DNA of 64,000 bases from Chrysomallon squamiferum (taxonomy: Eukaryota > Animalia > Mollusca): assembly GCA_012295275.1 (NCBI GenBank), contig CM022677.1, forward strand, positions 11,222,001 through 11,286,000, read 5' to 3'. The notes below the pieces were generated by a model. That model was not told the origin of the DNA and did no database searches. It saw nothing but the letters and a program-made list of their open reading frames with translations. Positions 36,914 to 52,235 of the stretch are shown piece after piece. Numbering within the stretch: position 1 is the stretch's first letter; each line of letters begins with the position of its first letter. The translations under genes and the position numbers were made by a program.

Positions 36914-39892
36914 TCCACATTACCATCATACCTGCCTACACCTATCTGTCTGTCTGCTACATAACTATCTACATATATCTACATATTAACCTACTGAACT
37001 ACTGACCTACATACCTATTTGTTTATTATCCACATTACATCAGATCAATAACCATCCATCAATCATATATCTAATTCCCTGTCAAACTACCTACATACAT
37101 AACTAACTATGCCTAGATAGCTACATTACAACCTATGTATTTTACTGTATGTCTACACTCTCAGCCTGGCACACAAACACACATGACAGAAAGAAGAGAA
37201 CACAGAATAGATAGATAGACACTGACATGTTTAACTATCTGCCTAAATTCATCTACATCTACCAATTTACTTGTTAACTTCTACTGATCTAACTGTCTAT
37301 CAGTCTATCAATAATATCTCCCTCTTTTCTTTTAATGTATCTCTTTACCAGTTATCAGTAGATACCTCATCTGTTTAAAATCTTCTCCCTATTCTTGTAA
37401 CTGAAGCTGATTCCAGAATCTTGTCTTTCCTGTAGATACAATAATAAAATTTAATAGAATAATAAGTATTTTTCGATTGTGTTTAATTACATCTGCTTCT
37501 TCCTGATTAATGGCAGTTTACAACATAATTACCACCAACTTGATGGCTGTGCATTTGTAACATTTTTCAGGAATATCGAGGAATTTTTATAAAACAGAAT
37601 CAAGAAATGAAGTACTGGTTTTGACAGGTTTTTGTTTTATTTTATTTTATTATTATTGTTGTTGTTGTTGTGGTGATGGTTGTTGTTATTGCTATTATTA
37701 CTGTTCATGTTGCTATTATATATTTTTAAATAATTTATTTAAAATGCTATTTGAGCTGATAAAGAAAAAAAAAAAGCAAACAAAAAAAAACATATTAATA
37801 TCCCTTCCCTGCAAACCACATAAGTATAAAATCCACCGATCTGTCTTGTATCTGATTACATGAAAGGTCTTCCAAGCTGGTCAAGAAAATCCTCTGAAAT
37901 GCTGGATCCAAAGTTTGTGCTGGTGGTATGATAGCTATATTTAAACAACTATCTTGTTTCATGTATGAGTCATTGTTTCCTACTATTTGTTCAAGATTGG
38001 GCAATTTTGTGGATTTTGTACATTCCCCTTTTTTTTAGCCAGATTTATCTAAATAAACAAATATAGAAAGAAAAATTAATAAAATAAAAATAAATTAACA
38101 ATAAAAAAAAAATGAGCATCAAGTTTATCATTCTAAATCTTAACATAAATTATTTAAATGATTATTTTTTTTACCTATTTCAGGCTAGGAGTATTTGATT
38201 AATTTGCCGATAAAATCTTTGGGAAGAAAAATTTCAGTCATGGAAAATTATTATAAATTATACTTTAACAATGTTTTAATACTGACTGGATATAATGGTA
38301 ACATTCAAGAAGCAGCAAAAACATATAGAAGAAAAAAAAAAGTATTACTATAAAAGATATCAAGACCACTTACTTCAGAACAGTTCTCTGTTTTATTGAT
38401 TTCCTCTGTCCGGCTAGTAACTGTATCAGATGAATTTGTCAGCTTCAGGTTTTTTTTCTCAAAATCACCTTCAAAACCAGAAATATTTATTTTCAGCTTG
38501 CACACGATTACTTATTTAGCAATTTTGGAAGTAAAGCTGGATTAGCCACAATTAACAAATTCAAAATGGTTTCCAGCTTACAGTTTGTTTTATCTGTATT
38601 CACTGAGTATATTTCTCTCTTTCATTTCCTCTTTCTTCTTGACCTTCTACAATGATCTAGCAGACTGTTCCGGCAGGCATCCCAGCTACTAATAATTATT
38701 TATGATGAGCCTAAAACTGTGTCAGGAATATATCTCATGGAGAAAAACAAAAAACAAATTCATAAATAAAAATTAAGAAAGACATTTAATCCCAAATCTA
38801 AACTAATTACTTCTGCTAGTTAGACTCTTTAAAGGAATGAAGGTCAGATCTATATCTGATGGATGCTATTAATTTAAATGTTTATGATCTACATGCAGAG
38901 AAGTTTTGAATGCCAGCATTTTCGAAAATACATATATAAAATAAAGTAAATATTAAAAATAAAATATTAATTAAATCTAAATAGATTAGAGAGATAACAA
39001 ATATGTCTAAAATAAAGATGAATTTGAATAACATAATTAAAGCTATAGAAGAATTTTTCATTCAGAAACACATTAAACAAAATTATGAACTGATTTCACA
39101 CATAACTGAATATTACTCCTTTATACAAATACAATGAAATGCAGTACTTCTTGGCTCAATTTTTGCTAATGGAACTTTACTAAGTCACCTGCTGCTGAAC
39201 TTCAAGCCTTTTGTCTTTGCCACGCACAGTGTTTTTCTTTCCCTGGTTTTAGCATGTTCAAGTTTTTCAAATTTTTTTTCTCCTGATATTTGACTGTTGA
39301 GATTGGTGACTGGTGTAAGACTCTCCAACTTAAGAATTGACGTGGTCGGCTTCAATGTCCATGTCTGAATCAGAGTCATGTCTGGTGGTGCACTGCCTAG
39401 TTTGAGTAAATAAATAAATAAATAAAATACTGTAAAAAATATAAAATAAATAAAACACTGCTACTACAACACTATATGCTACTGTTATTAACATCATTAC
39501 TGTAACTACAAATTACTATTATTCCTTATTCAACTAGGGTAACTGTTATTAAAATAATACTCCTATTACTAAAATTACGATCCATTAATAATAAAAGTGA
39601 TTTTTTTTACTCTCTTCACCATTACTCCTGTGCCTGTATTTCTTTACTCAAATATCAATTCTACAACGTTACTACAACAAGTAGTATTATTACTACAAGT
39701 ACTAATGATGTAACAACTACATTACTACAACAATGGCAATGACTAATACTACTACTGTAACAACAACCTCTATAGATCCTCCTGTTCTGCCATATTCTTT
39801 GATGATATTTCTACCCTGTGGTGACTCACTAAATTAGCTCTTCTTGTGTACAGAGCAGTTTCTGAAAAACAAGAGACCTACGAATATATCAT

Positions 39893-39985
<93 letters not shown>

Positions 39986-42735
39986 ATTGCAGTGGCAGCA
40001 AACTTTATCCTCAGTGCTGGACAGGATCTTCTACTGAAACAACTTCACTAGCCAACATCAGCACATCAATTAGAGCTGTATGTGTATTCTGAAAATAAAA
40101 ATAATAAACTGTTAAAAATAAATAACTAATGTTTCTGTATTATTTAAATTTTACTGTTATCAGTTACTGGATTATTAAGACACAAAGGGATGTGGGATAT
40201 TTTTGATATACTTTGCATAATCATTATAATGATAATGATAATAATGATAATAATTTAAATAATTAACAAAACAATAGCAAATAAATGATTATTATTATGT
40301 TAATTTACAATCAGTAAAGAGTTGTTACTATAAAACTTATTTTAAAAATAAGATAAAAAACTTTCAACTTGGAATTGTGTTGTCTGAATAAGGTATAGGA
40401 CTAGCTTGGTCCTTCGAACTATCAATATGGCGAGACATCACTCTCATGAATGCTGCCTTCCCGAGTCTCATCTTGTTCTGCTGCAGCTACAGCCTTTGTT
40501 TTCTTCTCTCTCTTTTCTTTATCTTCTCATGCAGCTTCATTCTCAGAGCGGCAAGCTCAGATGTTACCTGCTCTTCAACTTTCTGGCTGTTATTTTTGCC
40601 ATCACAGTCATCTGCCTAGTTTTTTGTTTCACAGCGTAGCAGATGAAGTGTTTTTACCAGCATCAGCTTGATTTCACAAAAAAGCAGACTTCAATGGTGC
40701 TCTGCCCTTTTCTTCTTGTTCCTGTTGATACATGTAAACCATCGATATATCATATTATAGTATTCCAGCAGCACTTGCACTCTACAGTATGCTACTGATC
40801 AATGGTTGTGTAGCTGGATGAGAAATTTATAAAATATTTCACTCACACCTGATTTTTAACAGAACCATTCTTTAAATTAATTTGGAACATTTTCTCCACA
40901 TGACCTAGAAAACATAAAAAATAAAAAATATTAGTAATGAAAAATAAAATGGATAATAATAATAAAGATCACAAAAATAATAATAATAAAAATAAAACAT
41001 AATAATAATAATAAAAAGTAGTAATAATAATAAGAGAAGAAGAAGATGAAAAAGAAGGAATTACAACAAAAGAAAACAAAATGTAAATAAATAAATTAAA
41101 ATTGACCATTAAGAAAAGAAGAGAAACAAAGAACAGGATAACAAATTATTTGAGTGTTTATTTGTGTGTTAAATATTTTTTTTATAAATAATTTTATTAA
41201 TATTTTATAGCATCATCTACATATAAAATAACCTGGTCATGTATTTCTTAAATTTGTATTCATCTTTATTTGTTTTTAGTGTTAACATAGAGCGATACAG
41301 GTATTTAGCTTAAATAATATGAAAGCATTTAGGGACCCACCCATTATAAAGTTTAATATGTTTAATAATTATAGAGCAAGTCAGCAATTTAACCTAAATC
41401 TTTAAAAATAATAAATCATAAATAAACTGACTGAAAACAACCTGTCAAACAAAATTAGCATATTTTCTTTTAATAGTTTTATTAGTTTATTTCAACAACA
41501 ACAACAAAAAAAAAATAATAATAAATAAAAAAAAAAAAATTAGAAAAATAAATAATAACAATAACAATAACAATAATAATAATAATAATTTTAAATTCTC
41601 TGTGACTTGTTGTGTGGTGTTTCTTTGGTGCTACATAAGTCAATTTATTTTAAAACAAATTTAATTACTGGCCACTCAAAATTTGCTGATACATCATGAC
41701 GTTGTTTATGTTGTTCACATTAGTACAACCACTGGTGAATGTTATTATTAATCGAGTGTCGTTATTTGAAAAAATTATAAATAAATAAATAAATAAATAT
41801 TGTTCTCAAATAATATGGCTGCCATCAGTTGTCTGTTACTTTTAAATTATAATTAAATAAAACGAAAAAAATCCAAACATATTAACATTTATAATAATAA
41901 ATAGTAATACCTGTCTCCTTCACAAAATGAAATACTTTAAACAACTGTTTTAATGCGATTACACCAATTCTGTAGAAAATTCTTCGAACATTAAATAAAA
42001 AAAGTAAATCCGTAAAGTCCGACAATCATCCCGCATTTTTCTGCATATACAATCCCGCACAAAAAAAAAAAAATAAATAAATAAAAAAAAAATTAAAATA
42101 ATGTTCAAAACAAATAAATAAAATAAAGGAACATCACAAACTTTATTAAAATATATTTATTTTATTTATTTATTTATATTTTTTTTATCTTATTATTAGC
42201 CAATCGTTGACCGTTAACTTCAAATAAACGGTGTTTTTAAAAAAAAATTTCCCCTACTTTTTCTTTCTTCTTCTTATTTATATTAATAAAATAAAATAAA
42301 ATAAAATAAACCAAATAAAATCACAAAACTTACAACTCACACTACAAGTTGCTTATTATTGTGCAGGAATTTACCAATGTTTGATATCCTATTCTAAAAT
42401 GTATTATACCATTTCTATCAATATCACCATCGTTCCCGTCGTAACGGCGTTGTTTCTAGCTTTCTAGAGTCCTTCTCATTATTCTTTAGCGGGCGAATCA
42501 CCTCTTCAAATACATTATTGTGATTTCTAGTAATGTCGCCGTCGTTCCAGTATTAACGTCTTGGTTAATATCACACGTCACTGTATAAACAAGAATGTAT
42601 ATCGCCAAATATAACCATATCCTTATTAAATCTGCTTTTTTTTCTATCAAAAAGTTCGCATCATTGAATGATGTTGTATCGATCGAATGTTCTGTTACAG
42701 TTGCCCCCCTTCGCAAAAGTGCAGTTTTTTTTTTT

Positions 42736-42772
<37 letters not shown>

Positions 42773-42809
42773 CAATATAGATGAACATTATTTATCATCA
42801 TCATCATCT

Positions 42810-42857
<48 letters not shown>

Positions 42858-43865
42858 TACTATTATTATTATATTACTTATTAAAATAAATCATGTAGAC
42901 TGTCTAAAACATTTTTATGAGGATGTTAATGATCTACCTTTTAGTTTTTATTTTGTCTTGGAAGTGAACAACTTCCAATATTTCTTATATTTAATGTATT
43001 TATTTTTAATGCAGGAACATTTGTAATTCACATGCTATAAATGTTTGACAACAAATGTAAAGTTTAAATGTTTGACAACAAATGTAAAGTTTAAATGTTT
43101 GACAACAAATGTAAAGAAAGCTATCAAAGGGTTGAGAAATGGAAAAATGATGAGTTAATTTTACTTGAATTCTTTCAGTAGCTGTTTTCATTTGTCACCA
43201 GTAATCTATGTTTAATTACAACGGGAAGGTCTACGTTGTTCAAGGCCACCGAGAGACGTCCTGTCCGTCTCTTTACAATAATCTCTTACGTCTACAAATC
43301 GTGCTGGGGATGAGTATTGATCTGCTTACACTGTACAAAAGAAGGTGTTGAAAGTTAAGATTGATGTTCATCAAACACAGAGACACACATAGATACAGAG
43401 ACCAGGATGAATTACATTTAGTTGTAAACTGACGGACATGCTGGATGCAGGGAAAGGAATCAGAGATGATTTGATGCATTTTTGTTCAACGGATAGATAG
43501 ACCAAACAAGAGATTATAGATTAATAGAAAGATAGATATGTATGTGGATAGATAGATAGATTGATAGACACAGAATAAAAAATGTTGATATGACCGTGTC
43601 ATATTTGTATTCAATTAATAAAACAATTTATCAGTCTAACCTCGCGCCCACTCAACTTTTCCTTTACATCTCAAACAGTTTTAGACAACATTATTGATGT
43701 GTACCTTTCTCTATATTCTTACCTTCTACTAAAACGCGAGAAGTCGCAATATTAACGTCATAAGTTAAAATGATAATTTCAAGTAAGAACATAGATTATA
43801 GAGGATACCTGTATTTTGGGAAATATAGAGCGTACTTTCAGTTTATTTTAATTTTATTATTATTA

Positions 43866-43910
<45 letters not shown>

Positions 43911-46696
43911 TATTATTATTATTATTATTTATAAGAAAATAGAAGAAAACTTAAATGATATTCCATTATGAATACAAAGCTATCACGTGTATTTTGTATA
44001 ACGAGAGCAGTTCACACTATAAATCATAAAACATCCCGTAATTATAAACAAGCAAGACATTTTTAATTAAGGATACCGATATTTTCACTAATAAATTATA
44101 CAAACATTACATAATTATAAACAAGTAAAAATAAGATATTTTTAATTAAGGATACAGCTATTTACAGGACAAACTTATACACACATTACATAATTATAAA
44201 CAAGTAAAAATAAGGGGTCAGTATTACTTAAGGATAACGCTATTTACATTGATAATTTTACCACTGAGTTATAAAAATAAATTTTAAAAACGTGTGCACT
44301 GTTTGTGTAGTAGTTTACGCGGGATTTTAGTTACATTGTGTTACACAGAACATTCATAGTTAGAGAGTAGCGGTGACACCAACCGTGTAAATTGTAAGAG
44401 AAGTCCGATATCTTGAATAACTTTGAATATCCTTCCAGACTAACAACCTTTTTTCTCAGTTTAGAAAAAAAGTTAAGTATCTGCACTACATCTTTAATTA
44501 TACACATGTTTATAATTAAAAGAAAGTATATATTTAATTTCCGATGAAACGCATATAAATCGATGGTGAGAAAAAAGTTCTAATTCTAAATAAACAAACA
44601 TATCCTAATAAAAGTACTTTAATAAACCTCAAAATGTTGATGAATTTCAGATTAATCAAATTATTTCTGGTAGTAAATAAAACGTCGATTTAAATTTGAT
44701 GATATTAACTTTTTTTGAGCAAATTTGACAGACTTCAACTAAGAGAGTTTTTTCGATTTTAGATATGTCTTAAAAAAATAATAATAAAAAGTATTGCCAT
44801 TTTTGCTGGATCACATGATGTAGTCAAGCAGAATGGCAAGACTATTAAAGAATTCACACATGTTATCTTTCAGGATACCACACAATATAATCTGTGGATC
44901 AAGCTTATAACATATAACACTATTTAAACAGTGCAAAAATTAAGCAGCGTAAAATTATCAATGTAAATAGTGTATTTTCTTAACAAAAATACTACGTTAC
45001 TTTTGCTGCCATGATGTAGAGAAAACAACACAAATTACGTTGAGAAAAATCACATTAATATCACAGTTGCTAATGAAATATCATTTTTATCTGGTTGCGA
45101 TATTTTATTCCTGAATGTTCACTTTACTTCTCAACTAGAAATATTAAAATGAATATGTAATTAATTATTTGCTAATGTCTAACAAATGTAACACCTGTCT
45201 AGAAAAAGAAAATCAGTATTTAATTATCAATACAATCTCAGGTGCTACTTAAAACTAATCCTGATTCTGATATAACACAGAATTGGAATCTGGAAGGCCC
45301 CTTTATCTCTGAAGTTCTCAACTATCCTTCGTGAATGAGATGATATTCAGTTAATTATACGACAAATCATACTGAAAATTACAGGTATGATTTCACTGTG
45401 AACATTCAGAAATATAGATGGAACTTCAGTGTTATAATGTTTTTATTAACAACAGTAGCTTTACATGTTACGTCAAATATATATCGAGATATAAAGAGAG
45501 CGCATCTAGTTTGACATATTATAACCACAGTTAATCTATTAGATATTACTGACAGTTATAAATGATAATTCTATATGGCGTTATGAAAATAAGCGGCTTA
45601 ATTACCTGTAAAAAGAAAAAAAATGAGAATTAATTATGAGCAGTAATATTTACAGTTTGCTAGTTAAGTATATTAAGAAATGTTAATCTCATATTTTATT
45701 AATATCGAATATTTATATCAAGTTATACTGAAAAATGTCGGAGTTCATTCCCTGGAATCACGACAATTTGTACTGATTAGCTGAGAACAAATAAGGTGAA
45801 CATGCTATTGTATTATGCGAAATTTAATTTTCTAATTACAGTCATTAAAAGGTGTACATCAGCGCAAGTTGTATAGTGTAATATACTTTACATTTCTTAT
45901 TATACCTGAAGTTCTCTTATTACATTAGATATTAATATAACCGCTTCACCAGTCATAATCTATATAACAATGAAGCAGACACCGTAGTTGTCACAGTCCT
46001 CTCTTTGTCAACAGCTACATAGCAACAACAACAACAGTAATAAAACGTTAATATTTTTATTTTTTATTTTGTTTTTATTTTTCTGTAAAAACGCACTCTT
46101 CCTATATATTTTGACGCTATTCTCTTAGTTTCATTAGAACTGTTCTGAGTGCGGATATAAAAATTACTTCGAATTTTTTGTTAGACCTCGTAAAGTTATC
46201 AGAGAAATCAGATTTATTCTTAGTGTATTTTTCTGTCGAGGTATTTTTCAAAAAAATATATAATAATGATAATAATAAAATAAAAAACCCGCTGATTTAT
46301 GAGAAATCGTGAACTTTTATAAAACCACAGTTAACTAAAGAATATCGCTGTTTTCACTGATAATGTTACCCATCGATAAGACGCAAGTTTTATAACGTAT
46401 TATTTATATGAGAAATTAAAATTACATTAATTAGAGATTGTCAGTTATATTATTGAATAAACATGGAATTTCATTCTAGATAAACTTACTTTTCTCAGTG
46501 TTTAAAAAAATAATCTGATATATTCTTAATTACATAATTTGATAAATTTGAATTTTAGATTAGTCATGTGATTTCATGTAGGGAAAGATGTAAATTGTGT
46601 CGCGGAATGTCATGTTACTGCGGTCATAAAACAAAGTATCACATTCTGACACTGAAAGGTGCACAGTTAATTTTCAGTAATATCAGTACAATAATA
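34355..46696 (+). repeat. Segmental duplication copy 2 (blocks A, B and C nearly contiguous)
   Basis: Same order and orientation as 4960-9055, 18552-23222 and 24718-28575. The intervening 9.5-kb and 1.5-kb segments of copy 1 are absent. Confidence 0.92.
37860..41950 (-). pseudogene. Decayed multi-exon gene, copy 2
   Basis: Paralogous exon-like islands at about 37860-38048, 39185-39400, 39990-40090 and 40390-40903, with different deletions from copy 1. Confidence 0.4.
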
Positions 46697-46778
46697 AATA
46701 CATTATTCATCTAGCACTTTACCCTTTCTGTATGTTCTTATTACTGTTAATAATAAAATGTGTGTGTGTGTGTGTGTA

Positions 46779-47290
46779 TACTGAGCCAAAAAAATGAGGA
46801 CAAAGTCATTAAAAATAAAAAGTGCTTAAAATGATTAAACAACTAGTTGAGATATTAGATAAAACTTGCTTTCAACTAATACTGAAGCCAAAGTTGTCAT
46901 TGTTTTGTTCACTTGACTGAAGTGAGGGTGTGAAATCAGACAAATGATGTAAGTTACAAGACGACGTTTTAATCCAGTAATACAATGAATAAACTGATTT
47001 AATGAGATGTATATTGATGTAGTTGGTGTGTTGTTGTATCTCAGTTCAGTGTAATTGAGAGATTTAAAAAAAAAATCACATATGATGTGGTAGTTTGGCA
47101 ATAAAGTTGTAACTTACGACATATGCAGAGTTCAACTTTTTTTGAGAAAGCAGTAATAACAAATGGCTTTTTCTTTTCCCATGTCGGTGATTGTTTCTGA
47201 ATCACAAAGAGATGCAAAGAAAAACTAGGAGTAAGCTTTTCAAATAATAAAGTTTAGCAGTATAATATGTCGTAAGTTACAAGACACCAA
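46779..47290. mobile_element. Probable DNA-transposon end remnant with subterminal inverted repeats
   Basis: Begins TA-CTGAGCCAAAAAAATGAGG next to a (TG)n run. Perfect 18-bp inverted pair ttgtaacttacgacatat (47107-47124) / atatgtcgtaagttacaa (47265-47282). Third copy gtaagttacaagac at 46949-46962. Confidence 0.4.
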
Positions 47291-48108
47291 AATGTCATCA
47301 TCCATAAAAATGAACAATATTTTGCAGAATTATAACAACAAAATGCGAGTCTTCAGTTTTATTTCAGTTTCACTTCTTTAATTAATCATATAAAAAAAAT
47401 ATTGTCGGCGGTCATTGATTGTTGGTGGCTTCAGTGCCTGAACATCTTTCAGCGAAACCCAGGACACGTCGTCAAGTTCAGGAAAGCTGTAATAGTTGCC
47501 CTTCTTCTTCAAAAACTGAACTTTCACTTCATATTTGTCAGTCTGAAGAACCTTAAAGAGATCAATCAGTTGTTATATTTTGGAATATCTTGAATTGGAC
47601 CATACACACACATTTCAGCTATTTATCAGAAACCATTTTTTTTTTTTTCAAATTCTCTATTCGAATGTAAATCGTGGAAATAAAAGCTGTGTAGAAGTAA
47701 ACAAACAAAGAAACGAAAATGAGGTACAAAGTTCGTGCTCATGTTGGACAACAATAGTAACGAGCAACAATGATTTTTAACTAATTCACTGTATAAACGT
47801 GATTGCATAAAAAATAATTACATAAACAATTACTGGCTCTTTCTTTATTACATTTTATTTTGATCTTTGTTTTCACTTGGTTTTGTGCTACGCCAGTTAA
47901 GTTAACCCATTGTTCATGTCCTCGTTTCCAGCGAATTTAACCAGAAAAACAATCATTAAAAATAAAATATTAAAAGAAACTAATTGCCAAACACTGTAAT
48001 TTAACCATATATATACTTTGATCTTCAAAATGGCGTCGTTTTGTAAGATTACGGAGTTGAATGCAAACACCCTTGCATTTTCCTTACTTGGCCAAATAGC
48101 GTGTCACT

Positions 48109-48155
<47 letters not shown>

Positions 48156-49319
48156 ATGTGTTTGTGTGTGTGCCTCCATGTATATCTGTCTGTGTAAAAA
48201 TGTAAAATTATTTAAATTTATTTTGTGAATATGAAAGTGTAAGAAAAATGACTTTTGTAAACTGCGAATGTGAAAAAGGACTCAATAAATGTATTGAAAT
48301 GTACGCAAACTAATAAAAACATGTTCCTTATATCAATTTAGGTATTTTCTTTTATGATTTACAGTCAGCGATCAAGTGGGTTAAGAGCATTTACATTATC
48401 CTCACTTGAAGAAATCACATTTGTTTTCACATCAGTGTTTACAATAATCATGTTCTATGAAAAAGGATACATCTTCAGAGATAGGTTTGATGCTGAAGTG
48501 TGCAGTTGTTTACCCAACACAGCATGTTTTTCTGAGACTATCGAGTTCAAGACTAATAAAGTGTAATGAAATTTATAAACAACATTCGCAAATTTTTTCA
48601 CTGGAATATTTTGATTACTGTTACGGAAATGTGTTCAAAGTTTTTGGTAGAGATGTTTATTGTATTCGTAACAGTTCATTCAAATGTATCTTAAAACTGC
48701 ATTAATAATGAAAAAACAAAACAGAACAAATTATATTTATTTTAAAAAATAACAGTAATAGTAATAAAAGTAAATAATAATAATAATAATTAAAAACAAT
48801 AAGAATAACATAAAACCACCACCAACAAAAACAACAATAACAATAATCCTAGGAAAAATATACTGATGGCATAAACAAACCCCCCACAAACGGAGTGAGG
48901 AAGATGATCAAAGAGGAAAAAACATGTATAAGTGAAACAAAAACATGAGGACAAAAAGAAAAAGTATAAAAACACCAACAACATTCTGGCTTTTGCCTGA
49001 GACACTACATAAACTGACACATTTCCGCACAGTCAGTCATTAATCATTCTGCAATAGTAACGCAAAACAAATATTTTAACAGTGAGTGCTATCATCCAAA
49101 TATTGAACTAACAGGCTTTGAGATCAAATCCCGGATTAGCCATTAGGTTAGAATACACCAAACCCATTAGCTAACCACCTCATCTTACAATTAAAATATC
49201 CCATAAAACAGTACAATTTGATTAATAAAGAAAAGATAATTATCAAATAAAATCAAGTAAAAAAATTAATGAATTACGGGCACAGGTATACTACAAAGTA
49301 ATTCTGTTGACTTACATTA

Positions 49320-51454
49320 GATCATCACTGCCACTTCCAAAGTGGAATTTACATGTCTTGATGTTGAGGGTTGTCAAGATTCTCATCATCATCTTCTAAG
49401 GTGAGTGAGATATCAGGAACTGATGGTGACGGTGGCAACATACCTGGGTGAGCAGTTGTTGAGGGCAGTGGATGTGCATATGATGAGGAGATCTCGGTGA
49501 GCAAATTGACGTCTTCTCTGTTACAGGCTTTGTAGCCAGTTTTATTTTAATATAACTGGCAAGCTGACCTGTTTCTTTTATTTTGGTCTTTCTTTGATTA
49601 GTTTATCGTCCAGCATGTAAATATACATTATGTCTTGCTCAGTTATAAAACTGCGCTGCTCTAAACCTTTTAGCAGTTCACCTGTCAGCTGAATTAACCG
49701 ATCAGTAGAAACTCTTTCTGCTGCATCATCCTCATTTCCATCACTACTTTCTCCTTCACTGGCTTGTTGCTCTGGACTTACAACCATTCGTACAATTTCT
49801 GAGTCCGTATAATGATTAACAACAGATGCATCGTCATCAACAGTCATCCTTTCTTCAGTGTTATCTTCATCCAGTTTATCCTTCGCAGCAGGATTGGTCA
49901 GATCACTCGCAAAAGACAACAGATCACTTGTATGCTGTTTGTCCTTTGAAGATTTCTATAAAGATTTTCATCAGGTGCTGTCTCATATGTTAATCCACAA
50001 TTTGTGCCATCCTTGTTTCAGTGTAGCAGGCTCTACAGATTTCCAAGCATTAGCAACACAGTAAACCACATCTCTCATTATATTCACGAATAAACTCACG
50101 TACAGGCTTCCCAGAGTTAACTTCACTCAGCAGGCGCCTCATAAAATGAGTGCAATACTTCGACTTTAATGAATGTAATATTCCACTGTCCAGGGGTTGA
50201 ATCAAGGAAGTGCAGTTAGGTGGAAGATAGATACCGAAAACATTGTTCTTTACCAGGAGTTCTGCTTTTGGATGAGCGGAGCAGTTATCCAAAATAAGCA
50301 TTATCTTACAATTACAGTCCAAGCCAACAGAGTCAGAATGAGCTCTTGCTTCGGGGACAAAACAGTTCTGAAACCAATCCAATAACAGTTCAGTTGTTAT
50401 CCAACCTTTTTTGTTGGCACGGTAATTTACAGGAATCTGTGTCATGCCTGTGAAAGCTCGAGGACGTAAACTTTCACCGATGACCAGTAACTTACACCTG
50501 CGTGTTCCTGCCGCATTGGAGCAGCCCAGCACAGTAACACGGTCTTTCGAAGCTATATAACCTGTCGGCGATTCTGTATCCTCCGATTTCAGTGTTCTTT
50601 TGGGCGTACATTTCCAAAAGAGTCTCATCTGCGTTATAAACCTGGTCAAGACTTAAATTTTCATCACTGACCAACTTGGTGAACTCGTCAACAAATTTTG
50701 TAGCTGCTTCATTGTCAGCTGATCTTTTTCGCCACACACTGCACGAAACTTTAAGCCATGTCGTTCCTTAAAACGTTGCAACCATCCTTCACTGATGTTC
50801 CAGTCCGAGTTCTTCATGAAATAGTTTTGCTTGTTGCTTCACAAGATCACCTGACAGTTCGACGTCTTCACTTTCACGCAACTTAAACCACCTCGTCATT
50901 ACTTGATCTAGTTCTGCATTTTTACCACGTTTCATTGTTTTCCTTTTAAACATCTGTTTTTTCGACTCACTGTCAACAAAAAATTTAAGTAACTTTTCTT
51001 TTTGTTTCTTTATGTCATAAAATTCACATAAACCTCTCACAGACACGCCATTGTCAAGTCTTTTCTGCTATGGACAATGTTCAGTGTTTGCGCTTAACAC
51101 CACAAGAAGCACTTCTATTATTCATTGAAGCCATGATTGGGGCTAAAAATGACCTTCTTACAATAACAAATGTCAAAAATCAAACCGGAAAAGCTTGCCT
51201 GTGTTTACAGCTGGTACCAGTTTGTTGCTGATAAAACAGCGCCTCCAGTCGTAGCGGCCAGTCAACTTAAAGAAAACATAACACAGCTTCTCTAACCCGA
51301 ACAGAGCGCACACACTGCACGAGGACAGTATCATACAGCACAAGAATCGATCACAGAATCGATAGTGCCGCGTGAGTCATCGCCTAGCATCCCCCTTCGC
51401 CTTAGTCAGTTTTAGTGCCGGATTACTGATTGCCGGACTAGTGATGTCAACCCG
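49320..51454 (-). mobile_element. Decayed Tigger/pogo-family transposon (CENP-B-type HTH plus DDD transposase)
   Basis: ATG at 51134 (MASMNNRSASCGVKRKH*TLSIAEK), HTH region ELDQVMTRWF..LSGDLVKQQA, and catalytic motifs VYNADET, LILDNCSAHP and LPPNCTSLIQPLDSGI, split by frameshifts. The 5' end reads TA-CGGGTTGACATCACTAGTCCGG. The other TIR was not found, so the left boundary is approximate. Confidence 0.92.
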
Positions 51455-51737
51455 TATCATAATCGAAGAGATATTTAGGATAATTCAATGCTGGGTTACG
51501 GCTATGACAGAGGTGTCTGTGTCCTATGTCGTCTGGAAGATCATCAGACTGGGTATCTGACAATGTTACAGTAGATGTTACATGTGGTAGCTCAGTAGTC
51601 ACTATATCTTTTGAATCCAATAGCTGTGGACATTTTTCTGAGATGCAATTAGTCACATCTTCTGACTGAAATATTTAAACAGTATTAAAATAACAATTTA
51701 TATTACAAACAGATTTCTTAATATAAGAGATAGTATG

Positions 51738-51860
51738 CAGGACTCAAAATGTCCAGTCACCAGGTCACCAAATGCGACCAAAGTTCGGTTTAGGCGACCG
51801 GCATGTTAGAAATATTATGGTTAGTCGCCCAAAAAATATTATTTGGGTGACCTGTTTTTT
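51738..51860 (+). mobile_element. Possible hAT-type terminal fragment
   Basis: CAGGACTCAAAAT followed by clustered GTCACC/GCGACC/GTCGCC motifs in both orientations. Confidence 0.3.
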
Positions 51861-51997
51861 TCTAAAAGTGTATAACACAAGATAATAATTTTATAATAAT
51901 TTTATCGAAATATTTATTTCACACAAAACAAGTACCCATAGTTCCATAAGTTGGACGTATCGGCTTACATAATTTGCTAACATCTATTTATAAAGAG

Positions 51998-52235
51998 TAC
52001 GTTAAAGGATTATCGGTTGGTTAACGGAACAAGTTATCATAGGAGATAACTTTGTAACTAATTGTTTGCTATTGTTTTTCCTTTTCAATTCCACCTTTAA
52101 TTGGCTAAAGTGAAGCCAACGAACAAATTCAGCGAACTTTTAGAGCTTTACGTTAATAATTATCGGTTGGTTAACGGAACAAGTTATCATGGAAGATAAC
52201 TCTATAACCTTGTATTTGCTACTGTTTTTCGTTTT
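51998..52235. repeat. Two copies of a ~150-bp unit containing AGTTATC-N6-GATAACT
   Basis: attatcggttggttaacggaacaagttatcat at 52009 and 52159. Confidence 0.8.

Noticed and set aside
49110-49142. B-box-like GAGATCAAATCCCGG (tRNA or SINE head)
   Set aside because: No convincing A box or cloverleaf; I found no tRNA gene in the window.
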